NCBI RefSeq assembly: GCF_026914265.1
Contig: NC_069127.1
Location: 1,809,682-1,873,681, forward strand
Direction of reading: 5' to 3'
DNA length: 64,000 nt
Source of the DNA: Mya arenaria
Taxonomy: Eukaryota
The notes beneath the pieces were generated by a model. The model did no database searches, was not told the origin of the DNA, and saw nothing but the letters and a program-made list of their open reading frames with translations. The position numbers and the translations under genes are program-made. This document shows, in pieces, positions 37,871-51,454 of this stretch; position 1 is the first letter of the stretch; each line of letters starts with the position of its first letter.

Positions 37871-40800
37871 AATGACTCAAAGTGGTCTGGACCTCACGTG
37901 TTTCAAGTTGAACGATACGAGTACGTTTTACCTTGTCACTTAAGTTTCAGGGACGCTTAATCGTCTATACCAGCCGTTCTACGAACAACTTCGAGCGAAA
38001 TTACTGCATTTCTGACCGTGGTATTCTATTTCCAGTGTTTTCCTTAGAACCCGCCAACAAGCTGAAGATATGAAGGAGCCAAGCGGGGAAGCGCTCGCTT
38101 GATTAAAACCTCATCATACGCAAAATGTTCATATACGCTGATGTCGACATGATGGAAGCCTTAAAATGTGGACCATGCAAAACGTGGTGTATGCGTTAAG
38201 AGTTGATGTCTATGAACAAAACTCAATTGAAAAATTAGACTGAACATTAGACTCAGCTACCTTAAGCACACACTGAGAGCATATAAGACATCGGATTGAC
38301 GGACGACCCAGACACTTAGGTACAACGCAATATTGGAGCAGTTACAACAAAATATATTATTATCGCGATGAAGGGACAAGCTACATACAGTTAAGCCGCT
38401 ACAAAACAATATGAGCTGTGGATGGCTATTTCCAGCTTCGGGGCATGCACATTAGAATGCCAAGTAAGGAAATATGAAGGTGTCAAGCTTGAATACCAAT
38501 ATTTTAGAGAATCTCTAGGTGCACTCAAACGCTATATACGGGAGATTTGAATACATTGATTAGAAATTCCGTGCCGAGGACACATAGGAAAGAGGTATTG
38601 TAGTAGGCACACGAACCAGTGACAGCGGGTCATTTAATGGTAAAAGAAAACAGGTCGGAAGTGACTAATATCGTACAGTTCACACGTTAAGGAAACAAGG
38701 ATATGTTCACCTCAATATGTTTAAACCTCTACATTGGTAAGAAAGAGCCGCAATGAATCAATACAGCCTGTAATTGTGTGCGAAGCGGTCGAACACGCAA
38801 TTATCCCATACATCTAGTTTGCAAATTGAAACTCACCCTTAATAATTTTATATCACGCCCTGTTATCGCGTAACGGTTAAGCATATCTTGTAGATTGTTA
38901 TGTTTTATGACGACTTGCTATAGATCCTGTGGTTACATAACGCAACCATAGCCATGGTGATAATTGATACCCCGCACATGATGATGTTGGTTGTTTTGAT
39001 TACAATGACTGTAAGTCTAGTCATAATCGGAGGTTTGAAGCAACAAGAAGAAAGACCAATTCGACCCTTGCGTCTGAATGTAATACATAGAACACCCAAT
39101 ACTAAAATAAAAATCCTATATGCGTCTGGAGACAATGCATAGATCTACTGATCTCTCTGTGTTCTGTCTAACACTTTGTGCAAAGTTCTGTTTAATGTTC
39201 ACACTTTGATTCATGTTTTGACACTTTACAAAAAGAGATACTTTTCCCTATTAAATGAATTGATAGTTTTACTGGTGCTGTATTTGCAACGGTGCCAACA
39301 ACAAAGCACAAACACATCAAAACAAGCTTAACATTTATTGGAGCGCAGTTGTCCATTATTTTAGATATAAAAGTCTTACCATTTAATCTGTAAATTCAAA
39401 AAAGCCACATCTTTGTTATAATGGGTGGGAACTTACTGCCAAGCAGAACGCTACAGGTACGATACAAATACCTGGCTAGTGCCTGATGTTATATGAGTTT
39501 TACCACAGAAGTGATAGGTTTAATTCAATACAGATCATAAAACTATTGCCAAAAGTGTAAATGTGCATTTGTCGAGCATCTGGAATATGCATTAGTGGGT
39601 AAATACTTGCAGTATTTAAGGGTACCTACCTGTTTAAATTACATTTTCAAAGATGAAATATATCGTCCAAATACTCACATTTAGCTTACATCCAATGAGT
39701 AACATATGATTTAATATGTCGTAGTGATTCATGAATAAAACACAATTTATGCAAGTGCTAGGGAGCTGTTAAAGTATTGCCCTTAACATTGCTGTAAATG
39801 TCTCGCACACCCTTGAGGCTGCTATTGATAGAATTTGATAACAATTCAGTAAAATCATTTCAGACGCCACAGGAATGAATATTTATCATTTTCGTAACAA
39901 ATCAGTTCTATATATGGATGTCCATAATTCAAAAAGATTCTTTTACAATAGATTTTGTTCATCAAAGGAGAGGATAAAATAAATGCATATTATTTTTCAA
40001 CAGTAATTACACAGTTTATGTTAAGCGTTTCTTTTACGTTGAAAATGACATGTCCAAGTCACCAAAATTAAACAAAACTACATATATGTAACCATTTTCA
40101 ATGGCATTTCACAGGTGCATTAGTACACAGTCAATGTACACGCTATACTGGATCCTTGTTAATCCCCAATTCACAAGCATTTGTAAACGTTTGACTACTA
40201 GGCTTGTCCATGTAGCTTTTATTGAAAAGTTGTAATCCCGAAATTTCTTCAACCATTTCAGATAGCAAGGTTTTTATGACATGTTACCGTCCGGAAATCA
40301 TCGAGGCTGCTTGTTCAAACGCAACATTTCATTGATTTGCTTATAACAATATTACTATTTTTCATGTTTCTTTAAAACACAATTTAAAACGTTTCCTTTC
40401 TTGCTTTTCCTACCCACCTATTTATTTTAGAAGGCCCTATACACGTCAATCTGAAAGGTAATATTGCTGGTTACTATGACCTTAAAAAAGCGAGTGTTGT
40501 TTTCATTTTTTTCAAGGCAAACTAATTCATAATCGATTCGTTAAGTTTATAGCGAACTACCTGTCAAATGAGTTCATTCAAGAACTTTTGTGGTAGGTTT
40601 CTGTTTGGTTTGCTGTTCCCGTTTCATTTGTTTGCATTTAAGTATTTTTCTTGCGTTCGTCAAGTTGTCAATTTTACTCTTTTGTGCCCACAAAAGTGAT
40701 ATAAATGTAATACAAATTATGAACCAAATATATAAAAAATAATGATTTGTTTCAGTGTAACATTGAATTTTTTTGTTCCTGCTTTTCAAAGTTTTATCAG

Positions 40801-42017
40801 TGAAATAAGAACAGTGAAAATATCAATACGAAGAACAAATTTCAGAACTACTTTTAATATCCATAGTAGATAATTCTCTTTGATCAAAACTTAACTCAAC
40901 ACTTTTGGACCACAAAATGTTGCCAAATATAATAATTTAATATAAAAAAAGGTTAAATTTGGTATATATAAAGACAATGTTGGAAATAAACAACTTACTA
41001 ATTAAAAGAAAAATGATCATCTTATCAAATAATTGTTTGACTTTGGAATGCGGATATTGTGGCAACTTCACACAACATTTAAATGATATTTTCTTTTACA
41101 CCACCACGCCTCAAAATTTATCAACCTAGCGTGATCGTCATTCTTTATCTGGAAAACGACCTGTCTTCAAGCGAATCAAACAGTTAGAGCAGATTGAATA
41201 CCCATGAATCATGAAACAAACTCTAAAACTAGAGAAATGTTTTGTTAATCCGCAATTTCTATGCTTCAAGTTCGACATTTCAAATGTTCATTTAGTAAAT
41301 AGCGACCAGTGTAAACAATTTATATCATCATCCCCTATTTAATTAAGTACAATCGTGCATTGACTGTTATTCATTGCAAAATACATGCATTCATAAAAAT
41401 TCAGTGATTAATGTTAATAAAATGTGTGCACTGAAACACGAGCAAACAATAATTTAAAACACACGCTTTGATAACAATTTCTCCACGAGCCGGCATTGGA
41501 ATGACTGCTACATCATTAGCGATCTTGAGGGAACTATGCGTGAGGGGCAAACACTCTTTTTTAAGAAAATGCTTTTAAAAATACACTTATAAAACTCGCA
41601 TAAAAACCAACAGAAATTGTGTTGATTTCAGTGTGAGATCGTATTTTATATTTCACACGAGATCATAAACAAACTATAGTTGAACTCCTTGCTTCGCCAC
41701 TATTTAAACTGTGTTTTTAATAACACTCATGAAATAAAATACGATCTTACAATAAAATCAACAAATATCCTCTATATATTTCACTGAGTTGTGCTGATTT
41801 TAGAAAATTGCGCCATATTGCATGCGAGTGGAACACTACTCTGCAATGTAATAAAAACAACTTTAGAAGTGTATGATTTAGGCATTCGAACAGTGATATA
41901 TATATGCATATCTTAAAAAGTCCGCGCGTACCCGTCCAGTCTGGCACTGTGAAGTGTCTGTAAAAATGTTTTTCGAGACATTCACAGCTGTTCATGTGCA
42001 TTTAAATATCGTTGTGA

Positions 42018-42825
42018 AAAGGTCACACCGATCGACGGGCTCTTGCAATAGCTCACACCGACAGACGGGCTATCGCATTATCTGAAACCGAACGGGGAGT
42101 AATCGCAGTAACTTTCACCGATCGCCGGACTATCGAAGTAGCGTACACCGATCGTCGGGATAACGCACTAGCTCACACCCCTCGATTAACTAACGCAGTA
42201 GCTCATACCTGTCGATTAACTAACGCAGTAGCTCACACCCCTCGATTAACTATCGCAGTAACGTACACCGATCGTCGCGATAACGCAGTTGCTCACACCC
42301 CTCGACGAACTAAAGCAGTAGCTCACACCCCTCGACAGCCGATCGCAGTAGCATACACCGATCGATGGAGTATCGCAGTAGCGTACACCGATCGACGGAC
42401 TATCGCAGAAGCGCACACCCCTCGATGGGCTATCTAATTAGCACACAACGATCAACGGTATATCGCAGTAGTGCACAATGATCGACGGGAGATCGAAATA
42501 GCTCACATCCGACGACGTACTTTCGCAGTAGCGCACACCGATCGTCGGGATATCTCAGTAGCGAACAACCCTCGACGAACTATCGCAGAAGCACACATGG
42601 ATGGACGGTATATCGCAGTAGTGCACACCCCACGAGGGACTTCGCAGAAGCGCAAATTTATCGACGAACTATCGCATTAGCGCACACAGATCGACGGACT
42701 ATCGCAATAGCGTACAACGATCGATGGGCTTTAGCGGTAGCTCACCCAATATCACGGGCTATCGCAGTAGCCGACATCGATCAAAAAGCTATCGAAATAG
42801 CTCACATTGACCGCAATAGCTCATT
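42018..42825. repeat. 30-bp GC- and CpG-rich minisatellite, about 27 units, consensus TATCGCAGTAGCGCACACCGATCGACGGAC
   Basis: Strict 30-bp periodicity over about 800 bp. Every unit carries 4-6 CpG, in sharp contrast to the surrounding AT-rich DNA. The open frame 42471..42680 is a periodicity artefact. Confidence 0.9.
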
Positions 42826-44974
42826 TTTAGCATCTTATATTACGTTCCATGACTATTAAGTGTCCACCTCATTTTAAACGCCCAAATGAGAAAAACATAG
42901 GTATTACAAAAAGTATGTGACGACGAGCGTTTAACATTGCTTGAGTGCATTTAAGCTTAACCCTTTCCATACAAAGCATGATGAAACTAATTATTGTCTT
43001 ATTAACGAGCCCACTTATTATTCAGCTCACGTAATTATTGATGTTATCTACTTCATGCAGGCCGACATACATTCTTCCAAGTACAGATAGGGAAGCGACC
43101 TTATTGCAGAATAAGTATATAACAACCAAGCATGGGGACTGTAAATGGGTTTTGTTTGGTGTATGCAACAATTCACTCATGTTTAGTACACAATGTACAG
43201 ACTAATTCTACATTCTTTGGCAAATAACTCTGTGTATAAAGGGATACTAACGGTTATACGTGCATCTTATCCCGTATATTCACATGTACGTGTGCGTTCA
43301 TACAACACTTTAAATCTTCTAGGATGATACTTGACAAGAAATATAAGAGCAATTTATAAATATTACTAAATGTTTTTACAAAGATGAGAACTGTTTTCTT
43401 CTTTTCATTAGTTTTCCAATTCTCAGGTTATAATGTTTAACGCCCTTCAGCAAACACGTGACGTTCTTGCGTTTTTTTTTCTTCAAATTATTTTTGTAAG
43501 AGAAGCTCTTAGAACGCGTGAATTTTGCATCCTCTGCAAGATTTTCTATCAACAGTCCTGAACACAGTGCAGTTTTTATGATTTATCATAATTATTGATA
43601 TTGAGAATATTTTTTACGTCAACATTTCACGTATTTGTCAAGACAACTATAAGATTCCATAACAGCATTACCAACAATTCCTGTTATAAGCATCTCAGAG
43701 AAAGTGAAAAATCATTGTGGGTATAATGACATCTTATTGTAGAACTAAAGTTATCAAAACACATGATTTAAAACATCTCTGGCAGTTATTGCTGTCTACG
43801 GTTTAAAGGATTTGAATCAGGAAACTGGACGGCTGCAGATCTTATGCTATCTTTCTCTTTGACTACCAAATGGTTATAAATACTATTTTGAGCCTGTACA
43901 AGATTGAAAAGTAACCACGAAGTTGAATGTCACGTGTAACCATGTCATGACATTACAATGTTGTTCTTTTAAATTAAATGCACTATGTTGACCAAACATG
44001 CATCAGCATGATGAACAAAGTCATAATGGCAAAAGAATAGTTTTATTTGTATATAATGCTTATGAAAGAGGAAATCTCCGATGTAAATTCATCACCATAA
44101 TTACACATTATATTCCCATCATTGAAACCGGCAGCCATGGTGTCTGATCGCTCTTTGAAAGTAGTTGTAGGAACAGTGAGATTTATAACTAGCAAACGAT
44201 TGTGTGAACCATACCATATTTTCATATTTAACTCGTTATTCGTAATACATGAATGTGCAAACATACGAAGCGATTTAGGATTTTGATTCAATGAAGAATT
44301 TTATATAAAGATGTTCCACTTTTTTCGCAAGTTTTTGCGATTGTGCCAGTGCCTTTTATGGCATTATGAACCTTTTCAAAGATAAAGAAAATATATATTT
44401 CAAACAGTGTTCCTAAATGGAAGAAAATGTCGGGCAGTAGTTATGAGAGCATCCGCTTCGTTCTTGTGCATGGTTTAAGTATTAGATGCGCGCGCGACAT
44501 GCCAAAACATTGATTTATGTATAATTGGATTCATTTCAGTGAGGCTAATGTATCTCATGACGAACTTTATAGATGTGTTTTGGTGAAAATTGCGCTGATT
44601 CAATGTTTAAAAGCACTGGTATAACTGTTTTTACTTTTCGTTTATCTTATTTCAATAGATGTGTTTTCCATTCTTTTTTTCAAAAGAATTAGTAGGTGAT
44701 TACTGTTGCATTATTCCAAACTTCCTTTGTGTTAAGGGATATCAGTTTGTTTCTATTTTACTTCAATATATAAAAGGAGTCATTTTCAGAGCCAACCAAA
44801 ACGAAACTATTTTGTTATAAGAGCTATTTTCTCTACATATTATGTGAAAAGGACCAAATAAAAGCAGCTTAAGCACTAGTTCACAGAGACAGTCTACGCA
44901 TACAAATAAGGCCTTAAAGAGATTTCATCTGTACGTATATGCCGTAAATATTCATCGGCTCGAAATGGTATTGA

Positions 44975-45480
44975 AGGTCTTAGACCAAGTGCCAACCGGG
45001 TTTATGTTTAAACTTTTTGCTACTGAGCTTGTTTCTGTAGCTTTTCACATAATATTGATATTTACAGCAGTTTTATGAGTGCCGTGTGGAAGCTGTAAAA
45101 TGTCGCCCCGCACTTACATTTAATGTTGTCATAATTTCCAGTTTTACAGAGACTGAAGACGGTAGTCTTTAGGTTACATAATGTTAGACAAAGTGCCATT
45201 AAACCGGGTTTATGTTTAAACGTTTTGCTACTGAGCTTGTTTCTGTAGCTTTTCGCATAAATATTGATACTTACAACAGTTTTGTGAGTGCCGTGTGGAA
45301 GCTGTAAAAAGACACCCCGCACTTACATTTAATGTTGTCATAATTTCCAGTTTTACAGAGACTGAGGACGGTAGTCTGTAATTAACATAATGTTAGACCA
45401 ACTGCCATTAAACCGGGTTTATGTTTAAATGTTTTGCTACTGAGCATGTGTCTGTAGCTTTTCGCATAAATACTGAGATC
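44975..45480. repeat. 190-bp satellite array, about 2.7 monomers (second array 52478-53184, about 3.7 monomers)
   Basis: Monomer ..gtgccattaaaccgggtttatgtttaaacgttttgctactgagcttgtttctgtagcttttcgcataaatattgatacttacaacagttttgtgagtgccgtgtggaagctgtaaaaagacaccccgcacttacatttaatgttgtcataatttccagttttacagagactgaggacggtagtct.tagttaacataatgttagac... Confidence 0.9.
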
Positions 45481-45589
45481 TCTATAATTATTGCTTCATT
45501 TAATAATTAACATGTTTTCGTATCATTCATCATCAGGCTAGTACAAATTGTAAAAGATAAGTATAGAAGTCTCAAGATGAACATCCCCG

Positions 45590-48500
45590 TTTCACTTCTT
45601 TCTATATCTTTACCTTTCTCTTAATATTACATGTACCAGTTTTCGCATAAATGACCATTCTTTCCAGCACAGACATGTGCTAATGGTTAATATCACATCA
45701 TCACATAGCTGTGCCAAGAACAAGAGCCACATCATTTAAAAGCACTCTGCAGTTCTTTGGAAAGACTTGTACATTTCTATATCTGTACCTTTCTCTTATA
45801 ATTGCATGTACCAGGCTTTGCATAAATGACATTCCTTCCAGCACAGACATGTGCTAATTGCTAATATCACATCATCACATAGCTGTGCCAAGAAAAAGGG
45901 TCATTTTGTGTACAATCCTTTGTTTGAATATTGAAACATGATTTATTTTCTGAAATACTTTACTTGATTTTGTGTTGAGTATCATCAAACATATTTATTG
46001 TTGGAATAGTTTGCCATCCAGCACCAAACATCACTGTTATCATACCTTAAGTTGATGATCATAGGAAAGGTCAGCGAAAAATGGCTCTTCTTTTAGTGAA
46101 GAACAGTTTATCTTGTGCTGGTTATGCATTACTAAACAGAAAAAATGTTTGTATATATTTTATTTTGCCCTTTGTGAACACCACTGTTTACGTTACCATG
46201 TAATGGGACTGACAATATTTAGTGCTGGAGTCGAATGTTCTCCACTATTTCATGCCACCAGTTTCTTTACAGCGTGTTGAATTTCTTGGTTTCATGATGA
46301 AAAATGGTTTTACAGGCACATTTTACCAGAATTTCCACCAAACAATAATGTGATCACATAAACAATCTTATAACACACGTCCGAACCGGATTTAACTAAA
46401 GAACAAGTGAGAAAGGCGCCAAAATAAAGAAAGGCGGACAATTAAACATTCGGCGCTTAGAAAGAGTTCCCTCCCTTGATCATTACTAAATTTTCTCAAA
46501 ATTTGTTAAATTACTAAAATGTTTGGCCATAAATGAACACGGGCTAAACTTTTTTTACTGAAAGCATTAAAATAGTACTAGATGATTGTTTTTTATTGAA
46601 AAATAATTAAATAGAGATGTTAAGAAGTCATAAAGTTAGCGCTGGATTCGTCAATCTATTTTTACATCAATTATTTAAAACATGTTGAGCAAAATGGATG
46701 ATATTCTCCAGCACAGACATATTCTAATGGCAAATATCACATCACTTCATAGTTTTGTCATTTGTACATTTCTATATCTTTAGCTTTCTCTTATAATTGC
46801 ATGTACCTTTTTTGCATAAATGGCCATTTGTTCCAGCATATACATCATCACATAATCACATAGCGGTGCCAAGAAAGGGGCCTTTTTAGTACCATTTTTA
46901 TTGATTTATTTTCTGAAATACTTCACTTGATTTTGTGTCCACTATCATAAAATATATTTATTATTGGAATATATATTGCCATCCAGCACCAAACATCATT
47001 GTGATCATACCTTTAGTTGATGATCATTGCAATGGTCAGCGAAAATTGGCTCTACTTTTTGTGAAGAACAGTTTATCTTTTGCTAGTTATAGATTACTAA
47101 ACAGAAACATGTTTGTATATTTATTTCTCTTTTGTGAACATTACAATTTTATCAAAGCAAGGGCCCTTCCCCCCCCCCAGCACAGGCATGTGCTAATGAT
47201 TGTATTCGCATCACCGCATATCTGTACCAAGAAAGGTAATCCTCTTGTTATATTTGTTTGACATTCTAGTGCTTTTTGACGTTTAAATATGCAATGACAC
47301 TGGCATCATTTAGTGCTGGAGTCTAATGTCCTTCACTATTTCATGCCAGTGTATTTACAACATGTTGAATTACTTGGTTTCATGAGGAAAGGGTTTTACA
47401 GGAAAAAACTACCAGATTTACCACAAAACAGTACTGTGATCACATATACAATCTTATAATCAGTGCAATGTTTGGCTATAAATGAACATTTCTCTCAAGG
47501 CTATAGAACTAGATGATTCTTTTTTAAACACCAAAATCAAAGAGAGATGGAAACATCTTTACCTGTCTGATCTCATTTGTTTCATAGTTATTCAGCAGAA
47601 AAGAGTAGATATAAATGTAGATATAAGTAGATATTACATCACCACCAACGTGTCCAATCATTGAATGTCTGGAAGCTACTAGATTAATATATAACCTTGT
47701 AATTACTTTTAATTTTAATATTAACAAAAAAGTATGGTAGTCAGCAAGACAGTTTCGCATATATATATGTAATGGACATGTTTTGTTGAAGGCCCTGTAT
47801 GTGTTGTGTTAACAAATTCAACAAAATGTCGAACAGGTTTAGGAAGTCACTTGGATATACATACACTTTGATAAGTTTGCATTACTTAAACCTACTGGGC
47901 CTTTAATAAAGTCATGTGATATGCGAATGGTGTACTGATCCTCTTTTTATATTTGTTAGACATTCTAGTGTTTGTTGACATTAACATGAAATGACACTGT
48001 CATCATTTAGTGCTGGACTCTTATGTCCTTAACTTTTTCATGCCATTGTCTTAGCAACATGTTGAATTGTTGCGTTGAGTGTCATAACACTCATTTATTG
48101 TTGGAATATTTTGCCATTCAGCACCAAAATTCACAGTGATCATACCTTAAGTAAATGAACATAGCAATGGTCAGCAAAAATGGCTCTTCTTTCGGTGAAG
48201 AACAGTATAGCTTCTGCTGATAATAGAATACTAAACAGAAACATGTTTGTATTTATTTTGTTTCTCCTTTGTGAACACCACAGTTTACCAAAGCAAGGAC
48301 CATTTCTCCCAGCACAGGCATGTGCTAATGATTGTATTCACATCACCACATATCTGTACCAAGAAAAGTAATCCTCTTGTTATGTTTGGTTGACATTCTA
48401 GTGTTTGTTGACGTTAACATGCAATGACACTGGTATCATTTAATGCTAGAGTCTGATGTCCTTCAGTATCAAATGCCAGTATCTTTACAACATGTTGAAT

Positions 48501-49650
48501 TTCTTGGTTGCATGCGGAAAAGGGTTTTACAGGTAGAATCTATCATATTTAAGATCAAACACTACTGTGATCACATAAACAATCTTATAATCATTGCAAT
48601 GTTTGGCTATAAATGATCACTGGCAATACGGTTTTTCTGAATGCTTTAAAATAGTACTAGATGATTGTTCTTTTATCGAACAATAATTAAATAGCAATGT
48701 TTAGAGGTAAAAAAGTTAGCGCTGGATTTGAAAATTTATTCTTATATCAATTATTTTAGATATGTTGTGCAAAAAGAACCATTTTTTTTCCAGCACAGAC
48801 ATGTGCTAATGGCAATACCACATCACCACATAGCTGTGCCAGGAAAAAGAGACCTATCGTTTTAAAGCAATTTGCAGTTCTTTGAAAGTACTTGTAAACT
48901 TGTATATGTTTACCTTTCTCTTATAACTACATCACCAGTTTTTGCATAAATGAACATTCTTTTCAGCACAGACATGTGCTAATAGTTAATATCACATCAT
49001 TACATAGCTGTGCCAGGGAAAAGGGTCATTTTGTTTAACATGTTTTGTTTTATTATTGAAACATTTCTTTTGTTAAATACTTCACTTGATTTTGAATTGA
49101 GTGTTATAAAACGTATTTATTGTTGGAATATTTTGCCATCCAGCACCAAACATCACTGTGATCATACCCTATTTTGATGATCATAGCAATGGTCAGCGAA
49201 AAATGACTCTTCTTTCGGTGAAGACCAGTATTGCTCCTGCTGATAATGGAATACTAAACAGAAACATGTTTGTATTTATTTTGTTTCTCCTTTGTGAACA
49301 CCACTGTTTACCAAAGCAAGGATCATTTCTCCCAGCACAGGCATGTGCTAATGATTGTATTCACATCACCACATATCTGTACCAAGAAAAGTAATCCTCT
49401 TGTTATGTTTGGTTGACATTCTAGTGTTTGTTGACGTTAACATGCAATGACACTGGCATCATTTAGTGCTAGAGTCTGACGTCCTTCACTTTTTCATGCT
49501 TGTGTCTTAACACCATATTAATGTTCTTGATATTATGGCAAAGAAAGGTTTTAACGGAAGAATCTACCGGATTTACCACCAACCACTACTGTGATCACAC
49601 AAACAATCTTATAATCATTGCAATGTATGGATGTAAATGAACACTGGCTG
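45590..49650. repeat. Higher-order tandem array, period about 1 kb (about 4 periods). Further blocks at 53280-55200 and 62290-64000
   Basis: Each period contains a roughly 500-bp M block (..ttgttggaatattttgccatccagcaccaaacatcactgtgatcatacc..ggtcagcgaaaaatggctcttcttt..) and two or three copies of a roughly 60-bp box TTCCAGCACAGACATGTGCTAATGGTTAATATCACATCATCACATAGCTGTGCCAAGAA. M blocks start near 45960, 46960, 48100, 49120, 53700, 54690, 62510 and 63530. Confidence 0.85.
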
Positions 49651-50269
49651 AACTTATTTCTTAACGTTTTTAAAACAAAAATAGTTAAAGGTAGATGGAA
49701 AGAATTAACAAAGTAAGGGCCTTAATTTGCACATCTTCACCAGTCTAATTTCATTTGTTTCATAGATAAAAAAGAAGTAGATAAAAGATATTGATATAAA
49801 TAAACATATTACTAGATATAACATCACCACCAAAAGTGTCCAATCATTGAATGTTTAGAGGCAACTGTATTGATTTATATTACCTGGTAGTTACTTTACA
49901 TTTTAATATTAAAAAAATGTATGGTAGTCAGAAGAACAGTTTTGCATATGTATATGTAATGGACATGTTTTGTTGAAGGCCCTTTTTGTTTCGTGTTAAC
50001 TGTTTTAGACAAAAATATAAAGGTGTGTATATAACTCTGATATAGTTTCAGATAATGGCGTATTATACCCCCAAATCCACAACATGCTTTATTAAATAGA
50101 ATTTGTGTGATTTTCCAAATGTACAACTAACTCGACTACTCATTCGCAACATGCTAATGAGAAAGATACATGGGCGCTGTATTCAAAATGTGCTTTCGGT
50201 TTTATTGGGTTTTTATAATGGCTTTTGTTTTAAACATACGGGGGAGGGGATTAGAAAATGTCGATAAGG

Positions 50270-50740
50270 TTTAAGAATTCACTTGAATATACAAACCCTT
50301 TGATAAGTTTACATTACTAAAAACCTACTGGACCTTTAAGAAAGTCGTGTGATATGCGAATGGTGTACTGATGTTTTGTGCGCTAAATTAAGAGTATACT
50401 TTCGGTTTTGTTGCATGTTAATAATTGTGATAAATGCTGTTTTTATTCGTCCTGGGTGTTAAATAATTGCAAAAAGGTTGAGAGGAATCATTTGGATAAT
50501 CATATTTTCATAAGTTTACATAACGTAAACATACTGGGCCTTTAATTGTAAGGCACGCATATTTGTGTATGATTGTATCTTAAAATGATAATAAAAAGTG
50601 TAATAATTCTTTCATAACATACAATAAATGTTTGATTTACCTTGATTTATTGCAGAAGGAAATTCCATAAACGTACTGAGCCTTTTATTGTAAGGCATGC
50701 ATGTATGTGAATGATTGTATTTAAAAAAGTCCTTAAAAAT
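50270..50740. repeat. About 150-bp satellite, about 3 units (a second, larger array of 4-5 units at 55800-56560; fragment at 47830-47960)
   Basis: Recurring ..taaac.tactgggcctttaattgtaaggca.gcatgtatgtg.atgattgtat.ttaaaa..ataataattctttcataacatacaataaatgtttgatttaccttgat.tattgcagaaggaaatt.cataaacgtact... Confidence 0.8.
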
Positions 50741-51454
50741 ATGAAACCTTTTTGAGGATAATTGATAAATGTTTTACTTACCTTAGAAATAAAGTAAATT
50801 CCATTTGTGTATTGTCTGCTTAAAGCAGAACTTTACTCTAACTGAATATATTCTTCTTCTTTAACACAATGTTAATATGGTTGTTGTGTTATTGTGTTGC
50901 TAGCCTGTTGTGTGAAGTTTTGATGCCCTATACTGGCGATCCTCACTTTAAGTACAGAGCCCGTTCCATGTCTCCTTTCCCACCTCTCTCTATCTACTTG
51001 TCATCTCATAATTACCTGGACTACCCTTCCTCTCCATTACTGCTAATAACAATGAGGGACATAATTGTGTGCTCCTAATTAGCAAGGGAGCTAATTATTA
51101 GGATGTCCATCTTTACAGGATATTTTGTTAAGGAAGTAATTATGTTTTTACTAATTTGAACATGGGTAAAATAATAGATTGTGGTGGTTTGTTATTTTAA
51201 GTGTTTGGTGCATTCAAATAATTTAAAGAAGATTATAACAGGTTTTAGAGACAAAGATGGACAATTCATTCGAAATTTATTTTCTAATTATTTTTGAATG
51301 ATAAGCACTTTCTTCCTGTCTTAAACATATTCATTTATAAAAACATTTTTTTTCTTTTCTGAAATGATATTTACATTATTTGAACAAGAAAATTCAAAAC
51401 TTTTCATTTAATTTGCAATTTCAAAATCTTAATAATCCGTTTATAAATGTTGTT

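Noticed and set aside
42471-42680. 69-aa ORF with 10-residue periodic sequence
   Set aside because: It is created by the 30-bp minisatellite and is flanked by stops in adjacent units, so it is not a coding repeat.
30168-42825. Regularly spaced 25-bp and 30-bp direct repeats as possible CRISPR arrays
   Set aside because: The units are contiguous with no unique spacers, the context is eukaryotic repeat DNA, and no cas-like ORFs are present. These are ordinary minisatellites.
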